The position numbers and the translations under genes were made by a program. This document shows positions 21,080-31,445 of a DNA stretch of 64,000 nt, in pieces; within the stretch, counting starts at the first letter, position 1; each line of letters begins with the position of its first letter. The notes below the pieces were generated by a model. That model was not told the DNA's origin. It worked only from the letters and a program-made list of their open reading frames with translations, and did not search any database. Source of the stretch: Longimicrobiales bacterium (GTDB lineage: Bacteria > Gemmatimonadota > Gemmatimonadetes > Longimicrobiales > Gaopeijiaceae); assembly GCA_965238005.1 (NCBI GenBank), contig OZ250165.1, forward strand, positions 1,632,001 to 1,696,000, given 5' to 3'.

Positions 21080-21420
21080 ACTGCCGACTCCCCCGAGGCA
21101 GGGCGCAACACTTTGGCCACCGCCTCCACGTACCGGTCCCAGGAGATCGTCTCATCAGCCAGTGCTTCCCAACCTCTGTCGGTAAGCTCGTAATACTTTG
21201 CCCGCCGATTGTTTTCGGAGAGCCCCCACGCCGACCCGATCCAGCCCTTGCTCTGGAGACGATGCAAGGCAGGGTACAGCGCGCCCTCCTCAACCTGCAG
21301 CACCTCCTCGGTGGCCGCTTTGATCGAACGTGTGATCTGGTATCCGTGCATGGGCTGTCTCACGAGCGTCTTCAAGATCAGCACGTCGAGAGTCCCTTGC
21401 AGGATATCGACACGGGTCAT
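21076..21420 (-). CDS. PadR-family regulator (acidobacterial type)
   Basis: LQGTLDVLIL, GALYPALHRL and NNRRAKYY motifs; overlaps the permease start. Confidence 0.93.
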   Translation of the reverse strand: MTRVDILQGTLDVLILKTLVRQPMHGYQITRSIKAATEEVLQVEEGALYPALHRLQSKGWIGSAWGLSENNRRAKYYELTDRGWEALADETISWDRYVEAVAKVLRPASGESAV

Positions 21421-21428
21421 CACGGAGC

Positions 21429-21482
21429 CTCCCATAAGATGAATAGGGGAATCTCGATCGACTCCCATAAGATGTCAAGGGG
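21429..21482. promoter_or_regulatory. Tandem putative PadR operators
   Basis: CTCCCATAAGATG twice (21429, 21462), each followed by AGGGGA, directly upstream of padR. Confidence 0.55.
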
Positions 21483-21499
21483 ACGGCCGTGGGGCGGGT

Positions 21500-21681
21500 C
21501 TCCAGCCTACCCCAGACTACCGAATAAAGCCCGAGTGTTTGCAGGCATCTGAGGGGCTTCTGCTTGCGCCTCCCGGCCCCCCAATAGGAGATTGACCTCG
21601 GTCTGATCCCGGAGTGCGCCCCTGTCCGATCCAGTTGCCCGCCTTAATGCGGCCCTGGAGGGCCGCTACCGCGTCGAGTGA
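21500..21681 (+). repeat. Kinase leader repeat plus kinase 5' stub (copy 1)
   Basis: Homologous to 45850-46040; encodes SDPVARLNAALEGRYRVE*. Confidence 0.85.
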
Positions 21682-21714
21682 CAGGTCGATCACCATTCAC
21701 CGGGAGGCCACCAG

Positions 21715-22029
21715 ATGAAATACTTGGTTGAGGCTCACGCATCTATGGAGCGAGGCAACGCGCTCGACGCGGAGGGTGGACCAGGTCCAATCTTCGCCCA
21801 CATCGCGGAACGTTTCAAGCCAGAGGCTATCTACGGGAACCCAATGCGACGACAGGCATTCCTCATCGTTGATCTGGACACCGCGGCCGACGTAGCTGAG
21901 CTCATGTATCTCTTCACGTGGGCGACGGGCAATGGGCCCACCTTCACACCGATCATGCCTGCTGAAGCGTTCGGACCAGCAATCGAGAGCGCGTTGAACG
22001 GGCCAGCTATCGGGAGACCGTGGTCGTGA
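21715..22029 (+). CDS. Small hypothetical protein (ferredoxin-like / DUF3303-like)
   Basis: GGAGG RBS; FKPEAIY...AFLIVDL..FTPIM. Confidence 0.7.
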   Translation: MKYLVEAHASMERGNALDAEGGPGPIFAHIAERFKPEAIYGNPMRRQAFLIVDLDTAADVAELMYLFTWATGNGPTFTPIMPAEAFGPAIESALNGPAIGRPWS

Positions 22030-22080
22030 TTGAGCCCGCGGCGGCGCCCACGCAGGTTCCTTGGCCTTGAGCTTTGCCCA

Positions 22081-22215
22081 ATGTCCGACCCGATCACCCG
22101 CCTTAATGCGGCCCTCGAAGGCCGCTACGCCATCGAGCGCGAGCTGGGCGAAGGCGGGATGGCTACGGTCTACCTGGCCGACGACCTGAAGCACGAGGGC
22201 CAGGTGGCTCGCAAG
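22081..22215 (+). pseudogene. Ser/Thr kinase 5' stub (copy 2)
   Basis: MSDPITRLNAALEGRYAIERELGEGGMATVYLADDLKHEGQVARK, then homology ends. Confidence 0.85.
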
Positions 22216-22250
22216 TCGTCGTACACCCTCTTCACACGTGTGACATTTTA

Positions 22251-23714
22251 GTGGGGTTCCGCGAAGTGCGTCGAATCGGGTGGGCGACATGCCTGATGGT
22301 GGCCGCTTGCAGCGGCGGTGACGCGACCTCCCCCGAGCTCCCTGCAGAGGGGCCGGTCGCATCCGTTCGCATGACGCTGGACACGATCACGATGGAGGTG
22401 GGCGTACTTCACGAGGGCCGGGCTACTCCGATCGATTCGCAAGGCGTCACCCTAGACGGTCGTGAGATCACGTGGTCGGTCGACCGCCCCGAGATCGCCA
22501 CGGTAACGGCAGAGGGTACGGTGACTTCTCTGGCAGTCGGCTCGACGACGCTGACAGCCACCAGCGAAGGCATCTCCGGGACGGCGCAGATCGTCGTCGT
22601 GACCTCGGCCTCACAGCCACCCTCGGTATGCGCGTTGGTCGGGAGCGGGCCGGAGAGTTACTGGAAACCCCGCTTCGCCCAATCCTCGCTAGGCGCCCTC
22701 AAGGTCGTGATGCTCTTCGCGGACTTCTCCGACGCCCCGGCCTCCGAATCGACCTCCGATCTCTACGATCTGCTTGTACCGACGGCGCAGGCCTGGTTCT
22801 GGGAGGTCTCCACCGGGAATTTTTCGTTGTCGGTGGACCGTGTCGACCCATGGTTCCGAGCGCCGCAGCCCTCCGGGTCCTACGACTGGAGCACCTTCGG
22901 GGGTCATCACCTTTACATATCGCAGGTGATGGGACTCGCGGATTCGGCCGTCGATTTCAGCCTGTACGACGCGGTTTTCATCGTCGCCAGTCGTGGTGCA
23001 GACCAGGTGGGATCGTCCGCGTTCCGTGCCTTCCCTGGCGGTGGGGTCGTGTTGGACGGACATGAGATCCGTTCCGCCGTCACCTTCGGAGTGGGTATCC
23101 ATAGCACGTCCTCCCCGGACTTCGGTGCGTTCGTCACCGTTCACGAGACCGGTCACATGCTCGGGCTGCCTGACCTCTACCTGTACGACGCCCCCAACTG
23201 GTTGGCGTCGCAGGCGGCGGTGGGCATGTGGGATCCAATGGCGTGGCTCGGTCTCGGCACCCATTTCGTCACTTGGCAAAAATGGAAGCTCCGCTGGCTC
23301 GATGATGACCGCATCGATTGCCTCGGACGTGCGAGCGTCGAGCGCACCGTCTTCCCTTTCGATGCCGCCAGTGGAACGCAGGCCCTCGTGCTCCCCACGA
23401 GCCTTGAAAGCGCAGTGGTGGTGGAAGTGCGAAGGGCTCGCGGATTCGACTCCCGTATCTGCGAGGAGGGCGTGCTCGTTTACTCCGTGTACGTGAACAT
23501 TCCGAATGGCCGTTTCCCCATCAGAGTCCAGTCGGCTCGCCCTGACAGAGACCCCGTGCTAGTTCAGGGCGAGGCATGCGGTCCACTCTATGAAAGCTCG
23601 TTCGGCCTCGGGGACGAACGAATTTCACTGTTCACGGACGAGTCCTCGGGCGTCACGGTGGAGGTGATAGAAGATCTCGGAGACGGGTACCGGGTGCGCA
23701 TCGATCGGAACTGA
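22251..23714 (+). CDS. M6-like metalloprotease with Ig-like (Big_2) domain, lipoprotein
   Basis: HETGHMLGLPDLY zinc motif; VAAC lipobox; ITWS..IATV Big_2 pattern. Confidence 0.88.
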   Translation: MGFREVRRIGWATCLMVAACSGGDATSPELPAEGPVASVRMTLDTITMEVGVLHEGRATPIDSQGVTLDGREITWSVDRPEIATVTAEGTVTSLAVGSTTLTATSEGISGTAQIVVVTSASQPPSVCALVGSGPESYWKPRFAQSSLGALKVVMLFADFSDAPASESTSDLYDLLVPTAQAWFWEVSTGNFSLSVDRVDPWFRAPQPSGSYDWSTFGGHHLYISQVMGLADSAVDFSLYDAVFIVASRGADQVGSSAFRAFPGGGVVLDGHEIRSAVTFGVGIHSTSSPDFGAFVTVHETGHMLGLPDLYLYDAPNWLASQAAVGMWDPMAWLGLGTHFVTWQKWKLRWLDDDRIDCLGRASVERTVFPFDAASGTQALVLPTSLESAVVVEVRRARGFDSRICEEGVLVYSVYVNIPNGRFPIRVQSARPDRDPVLVQGEACGPLYESSFGLGDERISLFTDESSGVTVEVIEDLGDGYRVRIDRN

Positions 23715-23850
23715 CCGGCACTCCAGTGTTGGGGGGGCTGATTCGCTTGCAGCCCGACACGCCTTAGACGCATCTTGTCCACCATGTTCGATCCCATCGC
23801 TCGCCTGAACGCAGCCCTCGAAGGCCGCTACACCATCGAGCGTGAGCTAG

Positions 23851-25452
23851 GAGTCTGCGCCGCAGAACCCTGCGGCGGCTATCTTTGGTGGTAGCGAAGG
23901 CATTGGGAAGGCTTGCGGATCACCGAGGGGGGTGAATGGGAACGACATTTCGACCGTACGATCCGGAGCAGATGTTGTTGCTGCCTCCGGATCTTCGGGA
24001 GTGGGTGTCGGAGGGTCATTTGGCGCACCATGTGAGCGACCTGGTGGACGCGGTGGAGCTGAGCGCGTTCTACGGGCGGTACCGGGGGGACGGGCGGCGC
24101 AACTCGCCGTACGACCCTCGGATGATGGTCAAGGTGCTGATCTACGCGTATGCGACGGGCACCTTCTCGTCGCGGAAGATGGCGAGGAAGCTGGAGGAGG
24201 ATGTCGCGTTTCGGATGCTGGCGGCGGAGAACTTCCCGAAGCACCGGACGCTGTGCGAGTTCCGCAAGCGCCATCTCGGGGATTTCCGGGCGGTGTTTGT
24301 GGAGGTGGTGATGCTCGCGCGGGCCTTGGGGCTGGCGGGGCTTGGCAGGGTGTCGGTGGACGGGACGAAGGTTCGGGCGAACGCGAACAAGCGCAAGGCG
24401 ATGAGCTACGGCCGGATGGTGACCGGGGAGCCTCGGCTGGAGGCGGAGATCCGGGGGCTGTTGGAGAGGGCCGAGGCGGTGGACGAAGCGGAAGACGAGC
24501 GCTACGGCGAGGAAGCATGCGGAGACGAGGTGCCGGAGGAGCTCAAGCGGCGCGAGGACCGGCTGGCGGCGATCCGGGAGGCGAAGGCGCGCCTGGAAGC
24601 CGAGCAGAGAGCGGCGGACGACGCACGGGGCCGCAAGCCGGGGCAGACGCGCAACCCGAAGGGCGGCAGGCCCTACAAGCGGGAGTACGGAGAGCCGGAC
24701 GAGGCGGCGCAGAGCAACTTCACGGACCCTGAGAGCCGGATCATGAAGACGAGTTCGGAGGGGTTCCAGCAGTGCTACAACGCACAGACGGTCGTGGAGG
24801 GGGAGAACCAGCTGGTGGTCGGGGCCGAGGTGACGGACAACGCGAGCGACCAGGGCCAGCTGGTGCCCATGGTCGACGCGGTGGCGCAAGCGTACGGCGA
24901 GACGCCGGCGCAGGTGCTGGCGGACACGGGCTATTGCAACGAGCGGGATCTCGAGGAACTGGAAGAGCGAGACATCGACGGGTATGTGGCGCTGGCCCGG
25001 GAGGGCAAGGCCGCCCCCACGGTTGACAAGGAGGAATATCCGGCGAAAGTCCGCATGGCGGAGAAGCTGGCGAGCGAAGATGGCCGCAGACGCTACGCAC
25101 GGCGAAAGTCGCAGGCCGAGGCGCCCATCGGCTGGATCAAGGAAGTGATGGGCTTTCGACGATTCAGCTTCCGGGGCCTCGAGAAGGTCCGGGCCGAGTG
25201 GACCCTCGTGTGCCTGGCACTCAATGTGAAGCGGCTGCACACCCTTCAGGCGGCATGACTGCACGAGGGTTCACCCGCATCTGCCGGCGCGAGGGCTCTC
25301 GTAGCTCTCTTGCCCCCCCCAACGCATCCATTCCGCTCTCCCGATCCGTCGCAGACACAAGTCCTCAACCTCCCAATCACCCGGATCCGCCTCGCCGCGG
25401 ACGGCTCGATGACCATTCGGCTCAGTCAGCTGTGCTTCTGCGGCGCAGACTC
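23851..25452 (+). mobile_element. IS1182-family element, copy 1
   Basis: 17-bp terminal IR GAGTCTGCGCCGCAGAA; CTAG direct repeats at 23847-23850 and 25453-25456. Confidence 0.92.
23936..25258 (+). CDS. IS1182-family transposase (DUF772 + DDE)
   Basis: YDPRMMVKVLIYAY..SSR, VDGTK, TDPESRIM, ADTGY and FRRFSFRGL motifs. Confidence 0.93.
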   Translation: MGTTFRPYDPEQMLLLPPDLREWVSEGHLAHHVSDLVDAVELSAFYGRYRGDGRRNSPYDPRMMVKVLIYAYATGTFSSRKMARKLEEDVAFRMLAAENFPKHRTLCEFRKRHLGDFRAVFVEVVMLARALGLAGLGRVSVDGTKVRANANKRKAMSYGRMVTGEPRLEAEIRGLLERAEAVDEAEDERYGEEACGDEVPEELKRREDRLAAIREAKARLEAEQRAADDARGRKPGQTRNPKGGRPYKREYGEPDEAAQSNFTDPESRIMKTSSEGFQQCYNAQTVVEGENQLVVGAEVTDNASDQGQLVPMVDAVAQAYGETPAQVLADTGYCNERDLEELEERDIDGYVALAREGKAAPTVDKEEYPAKVRMAEKLASEDGRRRYARRKSQAEAPIGWIKEVMGFRRFSFRGLEKVRAEWTLVCLALNVKRLHTLQAA

Positions 25453-25758
25453 CTAGGCGAGGGCGGCATGGCTACGGTTTTCCTGGCCGATGACCTCATT
25501 GCGCTCTGAGATTGCTCGATCAAGGGGCACGAGCCGATTCCCGGACACCTGCGATCTGGAGACTATAGAAGCATTGTTGGTCGCAGGCGCCGATCTGAAC
25601 GGGGCAATCTGCTTCCGACGCCCCTCAGGATCCGCTACATAGTATACGTAGCGCCAGGGTGTCTGCCGTAATCCCGGCGCTCGTTTTCCCGGCGAGCCTG
25701 GCAGCCCAGGAGATGGGTTCGCCGGGCAAGGAAACCCTTCCGTGAGGCTGCTCGAGCG

Positions 25759-28398
25759 TTACAGGTTTGGCCGTGCCCCAGTCAATGCCGGACCATAGTA
25801 CAAGGAGTTGAACAACAGCATGAAAGTCCCATGAGTTTGAGCGCGGTTCTGGGGTCGAAAACCAAATAGAATGATCTTGCCCTGTCCATAATCGACTTCG
25901 ACCAAAGCCGGCTTGTTGTGTAAGATTTGATCTCCGATAAGACGACCGCTCATGAAAGGGTTGCTGTTGGGATAACTTGCGACGACTCGCAGACCCGATA
26001 GGAGGGCGTTGGTATCTTCTGAATTCATCTCATCGGTGTCGAGGAGTTCAAAGACCGGACTTCCATAGGAGAGCACGTTGGCGGTTTCTCCCATTCCATA
26101 TGCAATGGGATGCGCGTTGTCCACATCGACTTTGAGAATCGCGCTGGGTAAGAAGAACTCTGTGGAAGGATAGCTTCGAGACACATCCCGCAGCGGGACA
26201 TTGAAATGGTCTATGGGTAGCAGGCTAGAAACGTTAAAGGTGACTAGAGTCCCCCCGTCTCGCACAAATTGGAGCAATGCGGCCAAGCCGTTTTCTCCGA
26301 TTCCGCCGGCATATTGAGAGGGGACCGTTCCCTCCCGGTGACCACCGATAATGCGCTCAGAAGAAATATTCGGTAGAACGATGACATCGTATTTTTGATT
26401 GAGTCGTCCAGTGCGGATCTCTGCATCTTGAAGCGTCGTGTAGGGAAACTCCCAATTCTCGAAGATCCACCGGGTCCAGCCCTCGTCCATGTTGGCAACC
26501 CAAGGCTTATAGAGACCCAGCCGCAAAGGCCTCAGCTGCATGAGCCCACCGGGGGAGCGGCCGGACTGTATTTGAAGATTGAACTCTCCTGCTAAGGATT
26601 GGATCTTGCTGCCAATCCCGGTTCCGGAAGCAACGACCGTCCCTGCTGGGTATGTCGTCCCACCAGAAGTGAAGGATGTCACAGCCCACCCGACTTCGGC
26701 ACCCTCCTCCAAAAGCCGGTTGACGGCCCGGTAACTATCCAGGACGTTGTGGTCGAGAAAATAGGTATTCCCGCTGTCAGAGACTCTCCCCGCCGGGGGC
26801 TCCGCCCGTTCGATCGGCGTCAATTGTGCCTCGAAAGGAGAGTCCACCCTGATGGCCTCGACACCCATCTGGTAAGGAAGTGTCCACCCCGTCAAATCAA
26901 AAGTCCCTTCCGGCGGACCCCCCGGGTACTGTCGCCGGTCTGGATAGATCTGCGGGCCAAGCATGTCGATCAAATAAGGTCGATAGGCTTGGGACGCCAA
27001 AGCGACGTAAGTCCCGGCCGGAAATTCCCTGTTCTGGGTCTGGAAGGGTTCCACTGCTTCGTGGAACTCGATTCCACCTGCAATTAGCGTGTTGACCATC
27101 TTGGCAACTGTGTTGGGGTCTTTCTGGGCCTCAGGGATAAGATAGGCATACGGAGCTTCGCTTTCCCCCTTCTCGATGGAGTTCCTGGCCATGCGGTACA
27201 TGTTCAGTAAGTACTTGTCTTTGTGGATGGCCCCCGCCTCCAAGAAGCCAATCGCTGACCAGTAGCCATACTCAACGATGTCTCGCAGTCTCCACCATCC
27301 ACCGGGCCAAGGGCTAGGGTAATTGATGGTCTGGGTGTTCCCTTGTTGTTTGCCCAGTCCACCTCGCCGGCCAAGGTCGGCTGCGTCTTGAAATATCGGT
27401 GTGGCCAAAGAAGCGCTCGCAGCTTCGAAAAGAACGGTGGAAACGTTGTGCCAGAGGGAGTTCGTGTGGATCGCCGACATCCGCCAGTGGTTCCAGGCGG
27501 CGTAATGTATGACGCCTATTTTTCCCTGCTCTTCCAACACTGTTCGCATGTAGGCGCCGGTCAGTTCGATCTCACGGGTGAGTAAGGGGTCCAGAGAGTG
27601 ATGTCGCGGCTCGTATAGAGGTGAAAGAAACAAACGGGCATCCGAATTTCCCATTTGATGCATGTCCATGAAGAGCTGCGGGAACCACTCATGATAGAGG
27701 ATGTCGTTGACATACCTTGTCTCGATTTGAGTGTGCATGAATGAATCGCGGTTGTTATCATGTCCGACGTAATGGTGGTATAGCCAGGGCATCGGCGCGT
27801 TCTCGTAGGGTGTTCCCAGATTCTCGCGATACCAATCGACGATCATGATATTGCCGTCTGGGTTCCAGCTGGGAACGAACAAGAAGATCACGTCGTCCAG
27901 GATGGCCTGGATCTCCGGAGATTCATCAGTTGCCAGGACGTAGCCCAGCTCCGGGGACATCTGAGTAGCTCCGAGTTCGGTGGCATGCATGCTTGCGGTG
28001 ATCAGCGCAATGGTTTTGCCTTCTCCGGCCAACCGACCCGCCTCTTCTTCGGAGACACTGCCTTGGGCGAGTTTCTTGGCAATCTCCTTATACTTTTCTT
28101 TCTGGGATAGATTCTCCGGGGACGAGATGATGGCCAGCAGAAATGGATTGTCCAAAGTGGTCTTCCCTAACTCCACGACCTCGATGCGGTCACTTCCTTT
28201 CCCCAGAAGCTGGTAGTAGTCGACGATCTGGTCCCAACGAATCAATCTGGAATCAGCACCAGGTTGGTGCCCAAAGAATTCAACCGGTGTCGGGATATTC
28301 GCGACGTCGATCACCTGGCTACCGGCCGTCACGGGTAGGAGGAAAGCCAAGGTCAATACGTGAGTGAAAACTGATATTCTCTTTGATAATTTCTTCAC
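25759..28398 (-). CDS. M14 zinc carboxypeptidase-family secreted protein
   Basis: HATE, NPDG, HDNNRD and DMHQM motifs; GTG start probably at 28398. Confidence 0.9.
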   Translation of the reverse strand: MKKLSKRISVFTHVLTLAFLLPVTAGSQVIDVANIPTPVEFFGHQPGADSRLIRWDQIVDYYQLLGKGSDRIEVVELGKTTLDNPFLLAIISSPENLSQKEKYKEIAKKLAQGSVSEEEAGRLAGEGKTIALITASMHATELGATQMSPELGYVLATDESPEIQAILDDVIFLFVPSWNPDGNIMIVDWYRENLGTPYENAPMPWLYHHYVGHDNNRDSFMHTQIETRYVNDILYHEWFPQLFMDMHQMGNSDARLFLSPLYEPRHHSLDPLLTREIELTGAYMRTVLEEQGKIGVIHYAAWNHWRMSAIHTNSLWHNVSTVLFEAASASLATPIFQDAADLGRRGGLGKQQGNTQTINYPSPWPGGWWRLRDIVEYGYWSAIGFLEAGAIHKDKYLLNMYRMARNSIEKGESEAPYAYLIPEAQKDPNTVAKMVNTLIAGGIEFHEAVEPFQTQNREFPAGTYVALASQAYRPYLIDMLGPQIYPDRRQYPGGPPEGTFDLTGWTLPYQMGVEAIRVDSPFEAQLTPIERAEPPAGRVSDSGNTYFLDHNVLDSYRAVNRLLEEGAEVGWAVTSFTSGGTTYPAGTVVASGTGIGSKIQSLAGEFNLQIQSGRSPGGLMQLRPLRLGLYKPWVANMDEGWTRWIFENWEFPYTTLQDAEIRTGRLNQKYDVIVLPNISSERIIGGHREGTVPSQYAGGIGENGLAALLQFVRDGGTLVTFNVSSLLPIDHFNVPLRDVSRSYPSTEFFLPSAILKVDVDNAHPIAYGMGETANVLSYGSPVFELLDTDEMNSEDTNALLSGLRVVASYPNSNPFMSGRLIGDQILHNKPALVEVDYGQGKIILFGFRPQNRAQTHGTFMLLFNSLYYGPALTGARPNL

Positions 28399-28644
28399 TT
28401 GGGGCCCCCTCGATTTGACAGCGGTGCTATACGCAGATCCCATTCCTCATCTGGACCGGCCCAAAGTCACTGGAGCGGATAGGAAAATCAAGGGCCCTAC
28501 GAGGCCGAAGCCGGAGCTAGAGGAGGAGGCCGGATCGGAAGATCGAGGTAGGAGGACGGGACCACAGCGGCCTCGAACACCTCCTGGTTGGGTTCCATGT
28601 GCACATCCTCATGTGCCTCTGACCCGTCCATACACGGGGTTAGA

Positions 28645-28685
28645 GCACACCAACGTGCACACCAACGTGCACACCAACGTGCACA
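28645..28685. repeat. 12-bp tandem repeat GCACACCAACGT (~3.4 units)
   Basis: Read directly; related to 40845-40869. Confidence 0.9.
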
Positions 28686-28695
28686 TTCTTCGGCG

Positions 28696-28715
28696 GGGGA
28701 GGCTTCGGTCTCCCC
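28696..28715 (+). terminator. TTCG-loop hairpin, possible terminator
   Basis: GGGGAGGC-TTCG-GTCTCCCC. Confidence 0.4.
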
Positions 28716-28793
28716 TGTCCTGCTTTTCCCCAGTGACGCAACAGACGAGTACCCAGTGCGCTGATGGCGCTTTGCGACCTCAGCGCGAGGCAT

Positions 28794-28909
28794 GCTTCTG
28801 CTTGCGCCTACCGGCCCACTCTCGGATGTTGAACGCGGTCTGATCCCGGAGTGCGCCCGTGTCCGATCCAGTCACCGGTCTGAACGCTGCTTTGGAAGGC
28901 CGCTACGCC
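28794..28909 (+). repeat. Kinase leader (promoter part) plus 5' stub (copy 4)
   Basis: CTTGCGCC..GATGTTGA..TGATCCCGGAGTG then VSDPVTGLNAALEGRYA. Confidence 0.85.
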
Positions 28910-29055
28910 GGCTGAGGCCTACCGCTATCTGTAGACGTCCCGCCGGTGACCAGTCTTCACGACCAATCTTCACGACTGTAGCCCTTCCCTAGCAGCCCGC
29001 GGTACCTTCATCAGGGGCTGCCCAACCGAAAGACGAGGGAAACGATGAGAAGGCG

Positions 29056-29712
29056 ATGGGAACGATCCGACTTCTTGCGCTCTGCCTGCTCCTGAGCGTC
29101 AGTGCTTGCGGCGACACCGTGGGGGAGGCCGCGCAGATTGATCTCGCCGCAGTGAGCGCGAACCTCCAGGGCAGAGCGCCCGACGTCTTCCGGGCCAGGT
29201 TCGAGACGAGCAAGGGAGACTTCGTGGTCGAGGTCACGCGTGCCTGGTCGCCTGCGGGGGCCGATCGCTTCTACAATCTCGTGAGTCACGGCTACCTCGA
29301 CGGTGTGCGCTTCTTCCGGGTCATAGAGGGTTTCATGGCTCAGTTCGGCATCAACGGTGACCCGGCACTGGCGGCCCTCCTTCGGGAAGAGAACATTCAG
29401 GACGACCCCGTCGCCGAGAGCAACACGCGAGGCAAGATGACCTTCGCGAAGACGGGCCAACCCAACTCACGGTCGACACAGATTTTCATAAACTTGGTCC
29501 CCAACACGAACCTCGACGACCTCGGCTTTTCCCCCTTCGGTGAGATCGTCGAGGGCATGGAAGTCGTGGACCAGCTGTACTCCGGCTATGGAGAGGGGGC
29601 ACCGCAGGGGACCGGGCCGAACCAAGGCCGCGTTCAGGCGGAAGGGAACGCGTACCTGAACGCCGAATTTCCCAACCTCGACTACGTGGAGCGGGCGTCG
29701 ATCGAAGGCTAG
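29056..29712 (+). CDS. Cyclophilin-type peptidyl-prolyl isomerase, lipoprotein
   Basis: FETSKG, FFRVIEGFMAQFG and NSRSTQIFINL motifs; VSAC lipobox. Confidence 0.93.
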   Translation: MGTIRLLALCLLLSVSACGDTVGEAAQIDLAAVSANLQGRAPDVFRARFETSKGDFVVEVTRAWSPAGADRFYNLVSHGYLDGVRFFRVIEGFMAQFGINGDPALAALLREENIQDDPVAESNTRGKMTFAKTGQPNSRSTQIFINLVPNTNLDDLGFSPFGEIVEGMEVVDQLYSGYGEGAPQGTGPNQGRVQAEGNAYLNAEFPNLDYVERASIEG

Positions 29713-29857
29713 CCACTTCGAACGAGGGGACGCATGCAGCGACTCATACGCCCCTACCGCGAACAGGGCCGCTGCGAGAGTGCTCGAAGAGGCGTGGATT
29801 ACGTCGTGAGGTCTAGATGGAGAATTCCGTGGACAATGAACACGAAGGAGATGAGAC

Positions 29858-30136
29858 ATGCCTAGGGTAGTGGTCACCGCGCAGGTTGAAGAGCTGGTCA
29901 AGTGGGAAGAGGGCTTCCGGACTCACGGAGACCTGTTCAGGAGTCAGACTGTATCCGGACCTATTGGTATCGCGACGAATGAGGACAACGAAGTTGCTGT
30001 CTGCTTCGATGCGAGCGATTTGGACAGGTTCCTCCAGGGGATGGATTCTCCGGAGACAGCCGAGGCCATGGCCCTCGATGGTGTCAAGCGGGAAACGGTG
30101 AAGGTCTTTGTCTTGGACAAGGAGTTCGTAGTCTAG
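29858..30136 (+). CDS. Small hypothetical protein (dimeric alpha/beta-barrel-like)
   Basis: AAGGAG RBS; KWEEGFRTHGDLF...AMALDGVK. Confidence 0.7.
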   Translation: MPRVVVTAQVEELVKWEEGFRTHGDLFRSQTVSGPIGIATNEDNEVAVCFDASDLDRFLQGMDSPETAEAMALDGVKRETVKVFVLDKEFVV

Positions 30137-30150
30137 CTGGTGCCGGACCC

Positions 30151-30272
30151 ATGACCGATCCTATCTCTCGCCTGAACGTAGCCCTCGAAGGCCGCTACGC
30201 CATCGAGCGTGAGTTGGGCGAAGGCGGGATGGCTACGGGGTCTACTTGGCCGACGACCTGAAGCACGAGCGC
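30151..30272 (+). pseudogene. Ser/Thr kinase 5' stub (copy 5), frameshifted
   Basis: MTDPISRLNVALEGRYAIERELGEGGMAT / VYLADDLKHER. Confidence 0.85.
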
Positions 30273-30420
30273 GAACAAGAGCGGAGTGAATGCCGATGCA
30301 GATGAGCGCCGTTTCTACCGGGATGACGGCAGTCATCGTGTTGGTAATGCTCTACCTGTTCTTCCGAGCGTTCTCAAGGCATAGGGTAGCGTTGAAGGCG
30401 AAGGCGACGTTCCCTTCGTA

Positions 30421-31239
30421 GAGGGCAGCGAAGAAACCGAAGAGTCAGGGCCATCTACGACCAGATCCAGTCAACACTCCGACGAATACGGCGACGAAGG
30501 TTCCGGCGGTGTAGGAGACGGACCGACTACCGATGCGACGGGCATGGGTGACGGCGATCACCAGTTCGACGAAGTTTACGACGAGACTGGCACACCGTAT
30601 CCCTAAAATCCCAACACGACGCCGGGCCTCGAGGGCGCCGCGCAGAACGCGCCCAGCTGGGACGCCGCGAACGACGCCTACAACTACGCGCAGCAAAACC
30701 CCGACGATCCCTTCGCCCAGCAGCAGCTTTACAGTAGCCTGGGCGCGATGGGCAGCAGCGAGACCGGTGGCAGCATCATGGAGGTCCTCCACATCATCAT
30801 GAAGGAGAGCATCAAGGAGGACAACGAGACCAAGCACATGAAGCTGCAAAAGCTCGACGAGTACAACAAGATCTCGAAGGCGTACGGTAACTCTTTGGAC
30901 ACTCTCTAGCAGATTTCCTCGGCGAAACTCGCGTTGAGGGAAAACAAAGATGAATCTGATGCGAAGGTGCGAGTGAACTACGATTTGTATGACACGTCCA
31001 CCGTGGGCCCCGACGGTAGGCCGATCAAGACCGACACGATCACCAAGAACGTCTCACGCAACGGCTTGAGCACCGAGACGAAGCGGCTCGAAAACCGGAT
31101 GGAAGAGCTGCGCAACGCTAAATAGAAGGTCACGAACGAGCTTCAACATCTGGATCAGATTGTGAATCAGACGATGCAAGGCATTGCGCGGATTTTGCGA
31201 GCTCTGGGTCAGATGCGGAGGCAAACTCAGCGAGACTAA
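30421..31239 (+). pseudogene. Decayed gene: acidic N-region plus helical C-region, three in-frame stops
   Basis: One frame reads as coherent protein through TAA 30604, TAG 30907 and TAG 31123 to TAA 31239. Confidence 0.6.
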
Positions 31240-31330
31240 AGACGGAGCGAGCCCGTTTAGCGCTGCGCTGCCGCACACCGCATGATGAGGCTTGGAACGC
31301 CCTGCCTAACCGCCCGCGTGAGGTGGTGGT

Positions 31331-31445
31331 ATGGCCATCATCTATGAGAATCCGTCCAACGGCTACCGCGAGGTCTCCTCGGCTCCCTGGCTGTGGACGC
31401 TCGTGTTTGGCCCCTTCTATTTCGGTGTAAAGGGGTGGTTGCGTA
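31331..31445 (+). pseudogene. N-terminal fragment of a small membrane protein
   Basis: GAGG RBS; YENPSNGYRE..PWLWTLVFGPFYFGVKGW, then abrupt loss of coding character. Confidence 0.4.

Larger units (their letters stand above)
23784..25497 (+). pseudogene. Ser/Thr kinase 5' stub (copy 3) split by IS1182
   Basis: MFDPIARLNAALEGRYTIEREL|GEGGMATVFLADDL rejoins across the CTAG duplication. Confidence 0.85.

Noticed and set aside
23879..25264. Long antisense and alternate-frame ORFs (461 aa, 266 aa, 299 aa) over the IS elements
   Set aside because: Shadow ORFs of GC-rich transposase genes, repeated only because the IS is repeated.
28645..28685. CRISPR array
   Set aside because: 12-bp units with no spacers, and no cas genes in the window.
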